DNA from: an uncultured virus (IMG/VR IMGVR_UViG_3300021599_001487)
Lineage: Duplodnaviria; Heunggongvirae; Uroviricota; Caudoviricetes
Reading direction: 5' to 3' (one strand)
IMG/VR virus record: IMGVR_UViG_3300021599_001487
Length of the DNA stretch: 20,000 bases
Made by a program: the position numbers and the translations under genes. Under the pieces are notes generated by a model that saw nothing but the letters and a program-made list of their open reading frames with translations, was not told where the DNA came from and did not search any database. This document shows positions 5,554 to 15,033 of this stretch, piece by piece; positions within the stretch are counted from its first letter, which is position 1, and each line of letters opens with the position of its first letter.

Positions 5554-6903
5554 ATGAACCCAATCAAGTCACCGCGAGAGATGCTGTTCGAGATGGCGGG
5601 CATTCCATCCTTTTCCAAGGGCAAGGCCGTGGGAGAGTTTGGCGCAGACATGTACAAGCTCATCACCGGCGCCATCGAGAAGTACACCAAAAAGTTTGGG
5701 CGCCCTCCCAGCCCGGAGGACGTAGCCGCGCTTAAGGAGCACGCCAGGAGCATCTCGGCAAAGAGCGAGATCAAGACAGACCCCGTGACGCAGGCACGCG
5801 CACGCCACCAGCTCGCGACCGACCCAGGCCTTATCAACCCAGAGGGCCCGGACCCGTTCCTATCAAAGGCAATGACCGGCCGCACCGTCAAGGGCACCTA
5901 CATCAAACCAAAACCGCAGGACATCAACGACCCGAACGTACAGGCCAACATCGAGAAGAAGCAAGTATCTGGCGAGCTCGAGGAGGTCATGCCCGAGTCA
6001 ATCACGCCAAGCGCGGACTACATGGCACGCACAAGCTCGGCGATGGAGAACCAGGCACTCGCCGCGGGCAAGACACCGCTGATTGACATGCTAAAGGCCG
6101 CGTTCTTTAAAAAGAACAACCGCTACCCCACCGACGAGGAGCTTGAGGTAATCATCGCCGAGTACAACCCGCTGCGCCACCAGTACGGCGAGAGGGGCGC
6201 CTCGATCGTGACAGACAGGCCACCATCATCTCGCGGGATGCAGGACTGGAGGCAGCGGGCAAGGTCGGAGGGGATACCCGAGGCATTTCTCAACAAGCCG
6301 CCCGCGGACTACCCCAAGTATTTGCAGGACGAGCTGGCCATCGGCCGCGGCGAGCAGCCCGGCATGCGGCCCATGCCCACGACTCGCATCAACCCCGACA
6401 GGTCATACGCAGACGGAAGATCCGTGCCGGCCATGAGCCCAAGCGAGATGCGGGCCATGATGACTGCCTACGGCAAGACGCCCAGCAAGTTTATGCCGGA
6501 GACGCGACTAGAAAAAATTGCTCGCGGCGCAAGTTTGCCGTTTGCGGCAATGTCGGCACAGATGGCCGGACAAAAACTTGCCGAGGGCAACCCATACGAG
6601 GCCGCACTGCTCGGCACGTCTGCGCTTGGCAGCGGCATGGCGTCGACTCGCAAGTACATGAAGCCGGGCCTTGGGATTGCAGGCGGTGCCGCGGTGCCTC
6701 TCTCAATTGAGGACGCAATGCGACGCTACAACAAGGGCGACAGAACTGGCGCCGTAATATCTGCCATTGAGGCCGCCGGCAACGCGGCCGCGATGTTCCC
6801 GCCCACCGCGGTCCCTGGGTCCCTGGTAAGCATGGGCGCGGGTATTGCCAACGCCATACGAGGCGAACCAGAAACTATGTCCGTAATGGAAGATTACAAA
6901 TAA
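5554..6903 (+). CDS. Hypothetical 449-aa protein, possibly an internal virion or ejected protein
   Basis: Long ORF with a GGAG RBS between terL and portal. The C-terminus has Gly/Ala-rich hydrophobic helices. Confidence 0.7.
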   Translation: MNPIKSPREMLFEMAGIPSFSKGKAVGEFGADMYKLITGAIEKYTKKFGRPPSPEDVAALKEHARSISAKSEIKTDPVTQARARHQLATDPGLINPEGPDPFLSKAMTGRTVKGTYIKPKPQDINDPNVQANIEKKQVSGELEEVMPESITPSADYMARTSSAMENQALAAGKTPLIDMLKAAFFKKNNRYPTDEELEVIIAEYNPLRHQYGERGASIVTDRPPSSRGMQDWRQRARSEGIPEAFLNKPPADYPKYLQDELAIGRGEQPGMRPMPTTRINPDRSYADGRSVPAMSPSEMRAMMTAYGKTPSKFMPETRLEKIARGASLPFAAMSAQMAGQKLAEGNPYEAALLGTSALGSGMASTRKYMKPGLGIAGGAAVPLSIEDAMRRYNKGDRTGAVISAIEAAGNAAAMFPPTAVPGSLVSMGAGIANAIRGEPETMSVMEDYK

Positions 6904-9596
6904 TGCCACCACAGCTTCCCAAGATGCCAATCCAGCAGGGCGCAAACCTTGCATCGCTAGACCTCGAGTCAAACGAGACCTTCGAGGAGAAGGAGGAGGT
7001 CATCGAGCTAGACGATGGCTCGGTCGTCATCAACTACAGACCCAAAGAGGGCCCGCTCAAGAACCCAGAGTTTTACGAGAACCTGGCCGAGAGCTTAGAC
7101 GAGGGCGTGCTGTCTAATTTATCGACGGAATACTCAGAGTACATCGAGGTCGACCGCGAGGCGAGAAAAGAAAGAGACAAGCAGTATGAAGAAGGACTAC
7201 GAAGGACAGGACTTGGAAAGGACGCGCCAGGTGGCGCAACTTTTGACGGAGCTTCCAAGGTTGTTCACCCTGTCATGGCAGAGGCTTGCGTCGACTTTGC
7301 GGCGTCTAGCTCGCGCGAGCTTTTGCCGCCAGAGGGGATTGTAAAATCTGAGATCAAGGGCGAGGCGGACCGTCAACGTGTTGAAACAGCAGACAGAAAG
7401 GCAAACTTCCTTAACTGGCAGCTCACCGAGCAAATCGAGGAGTACCGAGATGAGATGGAGCAGACCCTCACCCAGCTGCCTCTTGGTGGGTCGCAATACT
7501 TTAAGTGGCGCTGGGACAGCGAACAGAAACGGCCCTGCTGCGAGTGGATCCCCATCGACAACATCTTCCTCCCCTACGCAACGACAAATTTCTATACTTC
7601 TCCGCGAGTAACCGAGCAGCAGGACATCACGGAGGACACCTTCCTGCAGCGCGTAGACCAGGGCATCTACCGCGACATTGGCCAGATTGTAAGCTCAGAG
7701 ATCGAGCTGGACAAGCAGACACAGTCCGAAAAAGCCAACGACAAGATCGAGGGCAAGCAGATCCCGACCAAGAACATCGACGGCGTACGGCGCGTGTACG
7801 AGATCACGTGCTTCTTGCGCCTCAAGGACGACCCGTACACAGACGGCGCACGGGCGCCATACATCTTAACGATTGATGAGAGCACGGACAAGGTCCTCTC
7901 GCTGTACCGTAACTGGGAGTCTGGCGATGAGAAGCTTACGAAGCTGGATTGGATCGTGGAGTACAAGTTTATCCCGTGGCGTGGCGCTTACGCTATCGGC
8001 CTACCTCATCTTATTGGTGGTCTATCTGCTGCCCTCACTGGCTCGCTTCGCGCGCTTTTGGACGCGGCTCACATCAACAACAGCCAGACCATGCTCAAGC
8101 TCAAGGGAGGAAGAATCTCCGGACAGAGCGACAGGATTGAACCGACGCAGGTTCTAGAGATCGAAGGTGCCCCCGGCGTGGACGACGTCCGCAAGTTGGC
8201 TATGCCGTTGCCGTTTAACCCCCCATCTAGCGTATTGTACAACCTCCTTGGTTGGCTGACCGATGCCGCAAAGGGTGTGGTCACGACGGCCGAGGAGAAG
8301 ATTGGCGACGCAAACGCTAACACACCGGTGGGCACCACCCAGGCACTCATCGAGCAGGGCGCGAAGGTATTCTCCAGCATCCACGCACGGCTGCACCGAT
8401 CCCAGGCCAAGTCGTTAAAGATCCTCTCCAGGATCAACCACTGGTACCTGGAGGAGATGGACAACGAGTCTGGCACCGAGATCGAGGTCCGTGACTTTGC
8501 GTCCAACAACGACATCCGTCCGGTATCGGACCCCAACATTTTCTCTGAGACGCAGCGTCTTGCGCAGGCACAGGCAGTTCTGCAGATGGCAAACGCCGCG
8601 CCTCAGTTGTACGACCTTCGGGCTGCGCACCGGAGGGTTCTGAAGCAGCTGAAAGTTCCTGCAATTAGTGAGATATTGCCAGATCCGGATGGTATCAAGG
8701 AGGCAAATCCTGCCCTGGAGAACGTAGCAATGTCCATGGGCCGCCCCGCGGCTGCCTACCCGGACCAGGACCACTTGGCGCACATCAAGGTTCACCTGAC
8801 GTATGCACAGGACCCCAACTACGGTGGCAGCCCACTCATTGGGCCCACGTTCGCACCGCACGCGCTTGAGCACATCAAGCAGCACCTGACGCTGCACTAC
8901 CTGCAGTCGATGCGTGCATACGTAGCGGAGGCAACTGGGGGCCAGGACACGCTGGGGCTGCACGAGGAGAAGCCTCTCAAGCTGGAGGACCAGCAGGCGC
9001 TGTCTCTCGCGGCCGAGATGGTCTCGATGGACGCACAGGCCACGTTCCAGTCCGCGCAGCCACAGATCCAGCAGCTGGCTCAAAAGGTCCAGGAGGCACA
9101 AAAGGCCAAGCTGGAGCAGATGGCGGCCAACGACCCAACGGCCCAGGCACTGCTCAAGACACAGATGGCCGAGACCCAGCGCAAGTCGCAGGAGTCGCAG
9201 GCACGCCTGCAGCAGGAGATGGCCAAGCACCAGCAAGACTACCAGCTCAAGGTGGCCGAGCTGGAGCAGAAGGTGCAGGAGCTCATCGCCAAGTACCAGA
9301 CACAGAGCCAGATCGACAGCCAGAAAAACGCTACCAACATCGCCACGGCAAACATCAACAACGCATCGCGCGAGCGCGTCGCGGCCATGCAGGCAGGCGC
9401 ACAGATGGACGCGCTGCAGGCACAGCTGGCGCAGGAGCAGGCCATGTCGGCCATCGAGGCCATCAACACCGCCGACGAGGACATCCGGCAGCACGGGATC
9501 GCCATCGAGCAGGCGGCGTTTAACCAGCAGGCGCAGGCGGTGCAGCAGGCCATCGACGCGCAGCAACCACCACAACCACCACAAGGAGCAGTTTAA
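6903..9596 (+). CDS. Portal protein (P22-like podovirus type) with a Gln-rich coiled-coil C-terminus
   Basis: Size 897 aa, position after terL, and motifs HPVMAEACVDF, IPWRGAYAIGLPHLIGGL and VGTTQALIEQG. Confidence 0.88.
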   Translation: MPPQLPKMPIQQGANLASLDLESNETFEEKEEVIELDDGSVVINYRPKEGPLKNPEFYENLAESLDEGVLSNLSTEYSEYIEVDREARKERDKQYEEGLRRTGLGKDAPGGATFDGASKVVHPVMAEACVDFAASSSRELLPPEGIVKSEIKGEADRQRVETADRKANFLNWQLTEQIEEYRDEMEQTLTQLPLGGSQYFKWRWDSEQKRPCCEWIPIDNIFLPYATTNFYTSPRVTEQQDITEDTFLQRVDQGIYRDIGQIVSSEIELDKQTQSEKANDKIEGKQIPTKNIDGVRRVYEITCFLRLKDDPYTDGARAPYILTIDESTDKVLSLYRNWESGDEKLTKLDWIVEYKFIPWRGAYAIGLPHLIGGLSAALTGSLRALLDAAHINNSQTMLKLKGGRISGQSDRIEPTQVLEIEGAPGVDDVRKLAMPLPFNPPSSVLYNLLGWLTDAAKGVVTTAEEKIGDANANTPVGTTQALIEQGAKVFSSIHARLHRSQAKSLKILSRINHWYLEEMDNESGTEIEVRDFASNNDIRPVSDPNIFSETQRLAQAQAVLQMANAAPQLYDLRAAHRRVLKQLKVPAISEILPDPDGIKEANPALENVAMSMGRPAAAYPDQDHLAHIKVHLTYAQDPNYGGSPLIGPTFAPHALEHIKQHLTLHYLQSMRAYVAEATGGQDTLGLHEEKPLKLEDQQALSLAAEMVSMDAQATFQSAQPQIQQLAQKVQEAQKAKLEQMAANDPTAQALLKTQMAETQRKSQESQARLQQEMAKHQQDYQLKVAELEQKVQELIAKYQTQSQIDSQKNATNIATANINNASRERVAAMQAGAQMDALQAQLAQEQAMSAIEAINTADEDIRQHGIAIEQAAFNQQAQAVQQAIDAQQPPQPPQGAV

Positions 9597-9817
9597 TGGC
9601 AAGCGACAACCAACTCAAAGGCTTTCGCCAGACCTACCAGGAGACTGGCAAGCCGGGATACGGCGGCGGCAACGGCGTCACCGACATCGACCCGGGCCCG
9701 TCCGGCTCACACCGCGACAACAACTGGAAGAAGGGCGCGGCCCAGGCCAAGATGAAGAACGCCGGCAAGGTAGGCCCCTACAGCAACGTCAAGGACCAGT
9801 TTGGGCCGAAGTATTAA
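9596..9817 (+). CDS. Small hypothetical protein, 73 aa
   Basis: AAGGAG RBS and a TAATG overlap with the portal stop. Confidence 0.75.
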   Translation: MASDNQLKGFRQTYQETGKPGYGGGNGVTDIDPGPSGSHRDNNWKKGAAQAKMKNAGKVGPYSNVKDQFGPKY

Positions 9818-9835
9818 AGCAATACTTAAGGTGTA

Positions 9836-9865
9836 GGGCGTAAATTAAAAAAGTCTTGCATAGGT
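9836..9865 (+). promoter_or_regulatory. Putative late promoter, copy 3
   Basis: GGGC-N17-TGCATAGGT. Confidence 0.5.
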
Positions 9866-9871
9866 TGTTAC

Positions 9872-10063
9872 ATGCGAGACTTTACGTCTGAAATAATGCG
9901 TCGCGTAGGCGACGAGATACGGCTAGTAGACTCATCCCTTACCACTGGCAAGGGCATCACCAGCCTCGAGCACTACAAAAAGCTGCTGGGGGAGCGTGAG
10001 GGTCTGCAGAAGTGCCTAAACATCATAGACGAGATTTTGACAGAGAACGACCAGGCTGAATAG
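9872..10063 (+). CDS. Small helical hypothetical protein, 63 aa
   Basis: ORF directly upstream of the GroES-like gene, with a YKKLLGEREGL motif. Confidence 0.75.
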   Translation: MRDFTSEIMRRVGDEIRLVDSSLTTGKGITSLEHYKKLLGEREGLQKCLNIIDEILTENDQAE

Positions 10064-10083
10064 CCTACAGAAAGGAGTGCCGG

Positions 10084-10524
10084 ATGGCATTTGATGTAAT
10101 GCAAAAGGAGGAGCCCGACCTCCGAACGGAAGAGGAGTGTTTTCCGCAGATCGACCCGGGCATTGACGTAGTAGGCGACCGTGTACTGGTCCAGCTGCGT
10201 CGGGAGAAGGCAAAGAGCAAGGGCGGCATTATCCTGGTCGACGAGACCCGGGCAACTCTCAGGTTTAACGAGACCGTTGCCAAGGTCATACAGATCGGGC
10301 AGCTTGCGTATAAAAGCCCAGACTCACTGGAGCCGTGGCCCGAGGGCCCCTGGTGCAAGGTGGGCGACCTGGTAAGGACGATCAAGTACGGCGGAGACCG
10401 TTTTGTTGTCCAGCCCGGGGATGACGGATCGCCGGTGGTGTTTATCACCATCCAGGCCCGTGAAATTATATCCGTCATCAGAAGCTTCGAGCACGCCCAG
10501 CGCATGCGCGCCTTCGTAGATTAA
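10084..10524 (+). CDS. groES: GroES/Cpn10-like co-chaperonin
   Basis: GDRVLV, mobile loop KSKGGIIL, AKVIQIG and KVGDLV...KYGG. AAAGGAG RBS. Confidence 0.85.
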   Translation: MAFDVMQKEEPDLRTEEECFPQIDPGIDVVGDRVLVQLRREKAKSKGGIILVDETRATLRFNETVAKVIQIGQLAYKSPDSLEPWPEGPWCKVGDLVRTIKYGGDRFVVQPGDDGSPVVFITIQAREIISVIRSFEHAQRMRAFVD

Positions 10525-10544
10525 AACTTTGTAGAAAGTGAAAA

Positions 10545-11561
10545 ATGGCAGAGAAAGAAGAAAAACTTCTCCCAATCCGGGAGCAAGACGATGGCACGGT
10601 CCTGGTCGCCGTGGACGAGGAGAAAGATCCCTTTGAAGACCAGAAAAAAGATGAGGCTTCGGCCGAAGAAGGAGCTGACGGTGACGGTCCTGCTGATGGT
10701 GGAGACGGTAATACCGAACCAGCGATGGGTCCTGACGGCGACGCCGGGGACGAAGATGGCGAAACTGACGAAGACCGCGAAAAAATTCGTGAAGCTCGCC
10801 GCGAAGAGCGCAAACTTAAAAAAGAGCTCTCTAAGCAGCGAGAAATTTCCGCGAAGCATAAAATCAGCTCCCTTGAAAGACGCAATGAAGAGCTGGCTAG
10901 GAGACTCGCGGCTGTAGAATCCGCCGCGGCATCGTTCCAATTTGCTCAGGTAGACAAGGCGATTGAGGACGAGGCGACTCGCGTAGAGTACGCCAAGATG
11001 AAGCTGCTGCAGGCGTCGCAGGCTGGCAACGCCGAGGAGCAAGTTGAGTACCTCGAGCAGCTGCAGGAGGCAAAGCTACGGCTTGGCCAGATGCAGGCCT
11101 ACAAGAAGCAGCAGGTAGAGCAGATCCGCAGGCCCAAGCAAAACGTGCCAAACGAGGTATCTCGCGCGGTGCAGGAAAATGCGGAGAGCTGGCTCTCCAA
11201 GAATAAATGGTATGACCCGCAGGCTCGCGACACAGACAGTCGGATTGCGAAGGTCATAGACAATGAAATGGCGTCAGAGGGCTGGGACCCGTCGGACCCG
11301 GAGTATTGGGACGAATTGGACAACCGTCTGTCGGCACGTTTGCCACATCGTTACGCGGCAAAGACTGGTGGTACAGTGAAGAGGGCCAACCCAACGGCAT
11401 CTTCCAGGACGGCAAACCCGTCATCGACACCGGCAAACACGATCAGGCTATCGCCGGAGCGTGTGAAGGCAATCAAGGATGCAGGGGCCTGGGACGACCT
11501 GGCGGCACGCAACCGAATGATCAAGGCCTACGTAGCGTACGATAAACAGAACAGGACATAA
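10545..11561 (+). CDS. Capsid scaffolding protein (putative)
   Basis: Acidic N-terminus and long coiled coil, positioned between portal and capsid genes. Confidence 0.7.
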   Translation: MAEKEEKLLPIREQDDGTVLVAVDEEKDPFEDQKKDEASAEEGADGDGPADGGDGNTEPAMGPDGDAGDEDGETDEDREKIREARREERKLKKELSKQREISAKHKISSLERRNEELARRLAAVESAAASFQFAQVDKAIEDEATRVEYAKMKLLQASQAGNAEEQVEYLEQLQEAKLRLGQMQAYKKQQVEQIRRPKQNVPNEVSRAVQENAESWLSKNKWYDPQARDTDSRIAKVIDNEMASEGWDPSDPEYWDELDNRLSARLPHRYAAKTGGTVKRANPTASSRTANPSSTPANTIRLSPERVKAIKDAGAWDDLAARNRMIKAYVAYDKQNRT

Positions 11562-11563
11562 TC

Positions 11564-12115
11564 ATGGCAAACGCAAGAATTAAACGCGACTTAGACGACC
11601 GCTTAGAGGAGAGAGTCGCAGAGGTAAAACAGCGGAGCACCGCTAACGAGGAAGATGTCAAGCGCCGGGAACGTATAGATGCGTTCCGTGATAAGTGGCA
11701 GAATAGCGCACTGCCCACGATACCTAAGGACTCAATCCCTGGGTTTCACTTGTGCTGGTTGAGCACCACAAACCAGTACGACAGTATCGACAAACGTTTA
11801 GCACTAGGCTATGAGCCCGTGAAAGCCAGCGAGTTAGGTAAAGGCTTTGAATCACTTGGCAAGATGAGTTCAGGCAAGTTTGAAGGCTGTGTTAGTTGTA
11901 ACGAGATGGTACTCTTTAAGTTACCAGAAGAAATCTACCAGGAAGTAATGCGAATGCTGCACCTTGAGGACCCCCTCGAGCACCAGCGGAACATTACGGC
12001 CTCCGTCCGTAGCAACTCGCAAGAGGGCAAGGGCGGGCGTTCAATCCTGGAGGGTGGAATTTTGGAAATGGAGAAAGAGGCCGCCAAGGCGAACAAGCAC
12101 GTTCGCTTTGAATAA
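11564..12115 (+). CDS. Conserved-looking phage head-module hypothetical protein
   Basis: 183-aa ORF with an RBS and IPGFHLCWLS...GYEPV motifs. Confidence 0.75.
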   Translation: MANARIKRDLDDRLEERVAEVKQRSTANEEDVKRRERIDAFRDKWQNSALPTIPKDSIPGFHLCWLSTTNQYDSIDKRLALGYEPVKASELGKGFESLGKMSSGKFEGCVSCNEMVLFKLPEEIYQEVMRMLHLEDPLEHQRNITASVRSNSQEGKGGRSILEGGILEMEKEAAKANKHVRFE

Positions 12116-12142
12116 CATTCTTCAACAAACAAAGGAAATTAA

Positions 12143-12805
12143 ATGGCAACCACATTAAAGCCCTTTGGTCTGAAGCCCGTGTACCACCCAAGTGGTCTTG
12201 ATCGTGCAACTCCTTTTGTTGGCACGAACTCATACACCACCGGTAGTACATACACGGCGCCTTACTCGTTGTCTGGTGGACAAGCTTTCTACCAGTACCA
12301 GCCGGTATCGCTGACCGCGTCGGGTGAACTGACCATCGCCGCATCGGCCGCCGCCTCTGGCACCGTATATGGCGTATTTGACGGCGTCGAGTTTACCGAC
12401 TCGCAAGGCCGTCGCTCCGTAGCCAAGTGGGCATCCAAGCTTACGCTTGACGCCTCCTCGGACATCGTCTTTTGGGTCTTTACCGATCCTGAGGTCGTGT
12501 ATGAGGCACAGGTAAATGGCTCCGCCACTACCGCCTCCATCGGACAGCAGTACAACTTTGAGACCGCATCGGGCATGACGCCCGCGAGTGGCACGGCTAT
12601 CGGCAACGGTGGCGCTGGCTTCTCGACCTGCGCGCTGAATGACACCGCCGTCGGCAGTGGCAACCAGGGCCAGGTTCGTGTTGTTGGTCTGGGCCGTGAG
12701 GCTGCTTACCCCTCTGGCGAAACAAACGCCTGGGGTGATGCCTACACGATTTTACAAGTAAAGATCGCAAACAACTCGTTTGTGTATCCGAAGGTTTCGG
12801 TCTAA
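12143..12805 (+). CDS. Putative capsid decoration or minor head protein
   Basis: Begins PFGLKPV, is beta-rich, and lies immediately upstream of the major capsid gene. AAAGGA RBS. Confidence 0.65.
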   Translation: MATTLKPFGLKPVYHPSGLDRATPFVGTNSYTTGSTYTAPYSLSGGQAFYQYQPVSLTASGELTIAASAAASGTVYGVFDGVEFTDSQGRRSVAKWASKLTLDASSDIVFWVFTDPEVVYEAQVNGSATTASIGQQYNFETASGMTPASGTAIGNGGAGFSTCALNDTAVGSGNQGQVRVVGLGREAAYPSGETNAWGDAYTILQVKIANNSFVYPKVSV

Positions 12806-12828
12806 TTAACGAAAGAAAGGATTAAGCA

Positions 12829-13746
12829 ATGGCAGCCCCAATGCGTAGTACGGACTTTCGTGCGGTAGTCGAGCCGATTATCAACGAAGTCTTTGACGGT
12901 GTTTACGATCAACGTGATGATGAGTGGAAAGGGTTTGTGACCCAGATCCAGGGTATCCCCCGCAATTATCACGAAGAAGTCATGCTGTTCGGTATGAACG
13001 CAGCGCCCGCAATGCCAGACGGAACCCCGGTTTCGTATGACCAAGGCGGTACGCTGTACATCACCCGATTCATTTATCAGATCTATGGCCTGGCATACGC
13101 CCTGACCAAGGTACTGATGGAAGACGGCGATCATATCCGCATCGGCAGCACCTTCGCCAAGCACCTGGCTCAGTCGATGATTGAGACCAAGGAGACCCTG
13201 TGCGCCAACCTGCTGAACTTCGCGTTCACCGGTGGATACACCGGCGGTGACGGCGTGACGTTGAACAACAACGCACACCCCGTCGCTAACGGCTTGACCT
13301 ACAGCAACGTCTTGGCAACCCCCGCCAACCTGTCCCAGACATCGGTTGAGCAGATGCTCATCCAGATCCGCGGCGCTATTGACAACAATGGCAAGCGTAT
13401 CCGTCTGAAGGCAGAGCAGCTGATTGTTCCGCCGGCTCTCGAGTTTCAGGCTGAGGTTATCCTCAAGTCTGTCCTCCGCTCCGGTACGGCCGACAACGAT
13501 CTGAACCCGATCAAGTCGACTGGTATGCTCCCGAAGGGCGCCCACGTGGTGACCCGTCTGAGCTCTACCAAGGCATGGTGGGTACAGACCGACGCCGAGA
13601 ACGGTCTGATGCTGGTAATGCGTCGCCCCATGGAGAAATCTATGGAAGGCGATTTTGAGACCGACTCCATGCGCTACAAGGCTACGGAGCGTTACGCCAC
13701 TGGCTGGCACGACGCACGTAACATCTACGGCACGCCTGGCGTCTAA
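12829..13746 (+). CDS. Major capsid protein (Mu gpT-like, HK97 fold)
   Basis: 305 aa with motifs LIVPPALE and GDFETDSMRYKATERY. It has a strong RBS and is followed by a terminator. Confidence 0.88.
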   Translation: MAAPMRSTDFRAVVEPIINEVFDGVYDQRDDEWKGFVTQIQGIPRNYHEEVMLFGMNAAPAMPDGTPVSYDQGGTLYITRFIYQIYGLAYALTKVLMEDGDHIRIGSTFAKHLAQSMIETKETLCANLLNFAFTGGYTGGDGVTLNNNAHPVANGLTYSNVLATPANLSQTSVEQMLIQIRGAIDNNGKRIRLKAEQLIVPPALEFQAEVILKSVLRSGTADNDLNPIKSTGMLPKGAHVVTRLSSTKAWWVQTDAENGLMLVMRRPMEKSMEGDFETDSMRYKATERYATGWHDARNIYGTPGV

Positions 13747-13764
13747 TCAAGGCCAAGCAGTAAG

Positions 13765-13795
13765 AGCCCCGAAGAGAAATCTTCGGGGCTTTTTT
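13765..13795 (+). terminator. Rho-independent terminator after the capsid gene
   Basis: 11-bp stem AGCCCCGAAGA-GAAA-TCTTCGGGGCT followed by a T run. Confidence 0.92.
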
Positions 13796-13815
13796 ATTGG
13801 CAATTCTGCATAAGT
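13786..13815 (+). promoter_or_regulatory. Putative late promoter, copy 4, overlapping the terminator
   Basis: GGGC-N17-TGCATAAGT. Confidence 0.5.
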
Positions 13816-13832
13816 AGAGATAGGAAGATTTA

Positions 13833-13898
13833 GCCCCTCACAGACAGCCGACACTTCCCGGCTGACGGCTTAGAGACTGCTTGGGGCACCCACTAAGC
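13833..13898 (+). ncRNA. Structured RNA element downstream of the capsid gene (possibly the Mu-gpT-DE motif)
   Basis: GCCCC/GGGGC outer stem, CAGCCG/CGGCUG inner stem, and GCUUAG/CUAAGC pseudoknot potential next to the RBS. The genomic position fits Mu-gpT-DE. Confidence 0.5.
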
Positions 13899-13911
13899 AA
13901 GGAACAGAACA

Positions 13912-14403
13912 ATGTCACGCACGACTTTTTCGGGACCAGTCGCGTCCCAAAACGGCTTTATCAGCATCGCAGCAACCTCTGAGAAGACCCTCACCATCCT
14001 GGCACCTGCCGCGCTGTCGGCCGATACCACCCTGACCTTCCCCAACGGGGCGGGATCAAACGGGCAGGTACTCACGACCAACGGAACCGGCACCCTGACC
14101 TGGACCACCAACGGCGCCGGCACCGTAACCTCCGTCGCCACGGCGGGCACCGTCAACGGACTTACGCTGACCGGCGGCCCGATCACCTCCACCGGCACGA
14201 TCACGCTCGGTGGCCAGTTTGCCCTCCCGACATCGACCGCGGCAGCCGTTGCCGACATCACTAATGCAATCAACACCACCGGCAAGTACACCGGGAAGAT
14301 GGTCGTTGACTACTCAAGCGGAATCATCTACACCGCCGTCGGTGCAACCGCAGGCTCTGACTGGGCCCCGTCTGACGCCAGCGGCCTCGTGACTCCCGTT
14401 TAA
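13912..14403 (+). CDS. Virion structural protein (head fibre or decoration-like)
   Basis: Starts MSRTTFSGPV. Thr/Gly-rich fibre motifs GSNGQVLTTNGTGTLTW and GTVTSV...GGPITSTGTI. Confidence 0.75.
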   Translation: MSRTTFSGPVASQNGFISIAATSEKTLTILAPAALSADTTLTFPNGAGSNGQVLTTNGTGTLTWTTNGAGTVTSVATAGTVNGLTLTGGPITSTGTITLGGQFALPTSTAAAVADITNAINTTGKYTGKMVVDYSSGIIYTAVGATAGSDWAPSDASGLVTPV

Positions 14404-14440
14404 TTAGGAGCGGACCATGCGTCAAACGACCGTTTAAGAT

Positions 14441-14462
14441 GGCGGGGCAACCCGCCTCTTTC
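14441..14462 (+). terminator. Possible weak intrinsic terminator
   Basis: GGCGGG-GCAA-CCCGCC followed by TCTTTT. Confidence 0.55.
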
Positions 14463-14479
14463 ACCGTTCAGGAGAAATT

Positions 14480-14791
14480 ATGAGACAGCAAGTCGTATCA
14501 CAAACTGGAGTTGGTTCCAGCGCCACCATCCCAATGAATTTGGATTCAACCCCATTTAATGTTGGCTTTGGTGTTGTCGCAACCGGCACGGTAACTTATA
14601 CCGTTCAACATTCATTTGACAACCCTTGGACCACAGCAAGTCCGACTTGGTTTGATCACCCAACAGTTCAGGGCATCATATCAACAGACGCCGACGGCAA
14701 CTATGCGTTCCCGGTGGCTGCAATTAAGGTTGCGGTTGTATCTGGCGCAGGTACTGCCACACTTACAGTAATCCAAGCCGGTATCGCTTAA
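14480..14791 (+). CDS. Small beta-rich structural protein, 103 aa
   Basis: AGGAG RBS. Motifs YTVQHSFD and GNYAFPVAAI. Confidence 0.75.
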   Translation: MRQQVVSQTGVGSSATIPMNLDSTPFNVGFGVVATGTVTYTVQHSFDNPWTTASPTWFDHPTVQGIISTDADGNYAFPVAAIKVAVVSGAGTATLTVIQAGIA

Positions 14792-14792
14792 T

Positions 14793-15032
14793 ATGCCATA
14801 CGTTGGTTTTAGCGGGGTAGCAAATCAAGCAAACACTAGCGACGGGTTCGCTCTTGGTGTTGGTGCTCGTAATGACCCTGCAGAGCCAACATACGGCGAT
14901 AATGTAGGTAATGGTGGTGTTGTGGATCTTTACAGCAACGGAACACCAGTTGTTGACAGTTTTATACTAATGGAAAACTCGGGCTATGTGCTCGAGCAAA
15001 ATGACTTCAAAATTCAATTAGAGGTAGGCTAA
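14793..15032 (+). CDS. Hypothetical protein, 79 aa
   Basis: Tightly packed ORF ending in an ILMENSGYVLEQ motif, as often seen in virion proteins. Confidence 0.7.
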   Translation: MPYVGFSGVANQANTSDGFALGVGARNDPAEPTYGDNVGNGGVVDLYSNGTPVVDSFILMENSGYVLEQNDFKIQLEVG

Positions 15033-15033
15033 C

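Noticed and set aside
8415..9602. 395-aa antisense ORF
   Set aside because: It is a shadow of the Gln/Ala-rich portal C-terminus (CAG codons read as CTG on the opposite strand).
12802..13710. 302-aa antisense ORF over the capsid gene, and the similar antisense ORF at 15975..16682
   Set aside because: These are shadow frames of GC-biased or repetitive genes with no independent support.
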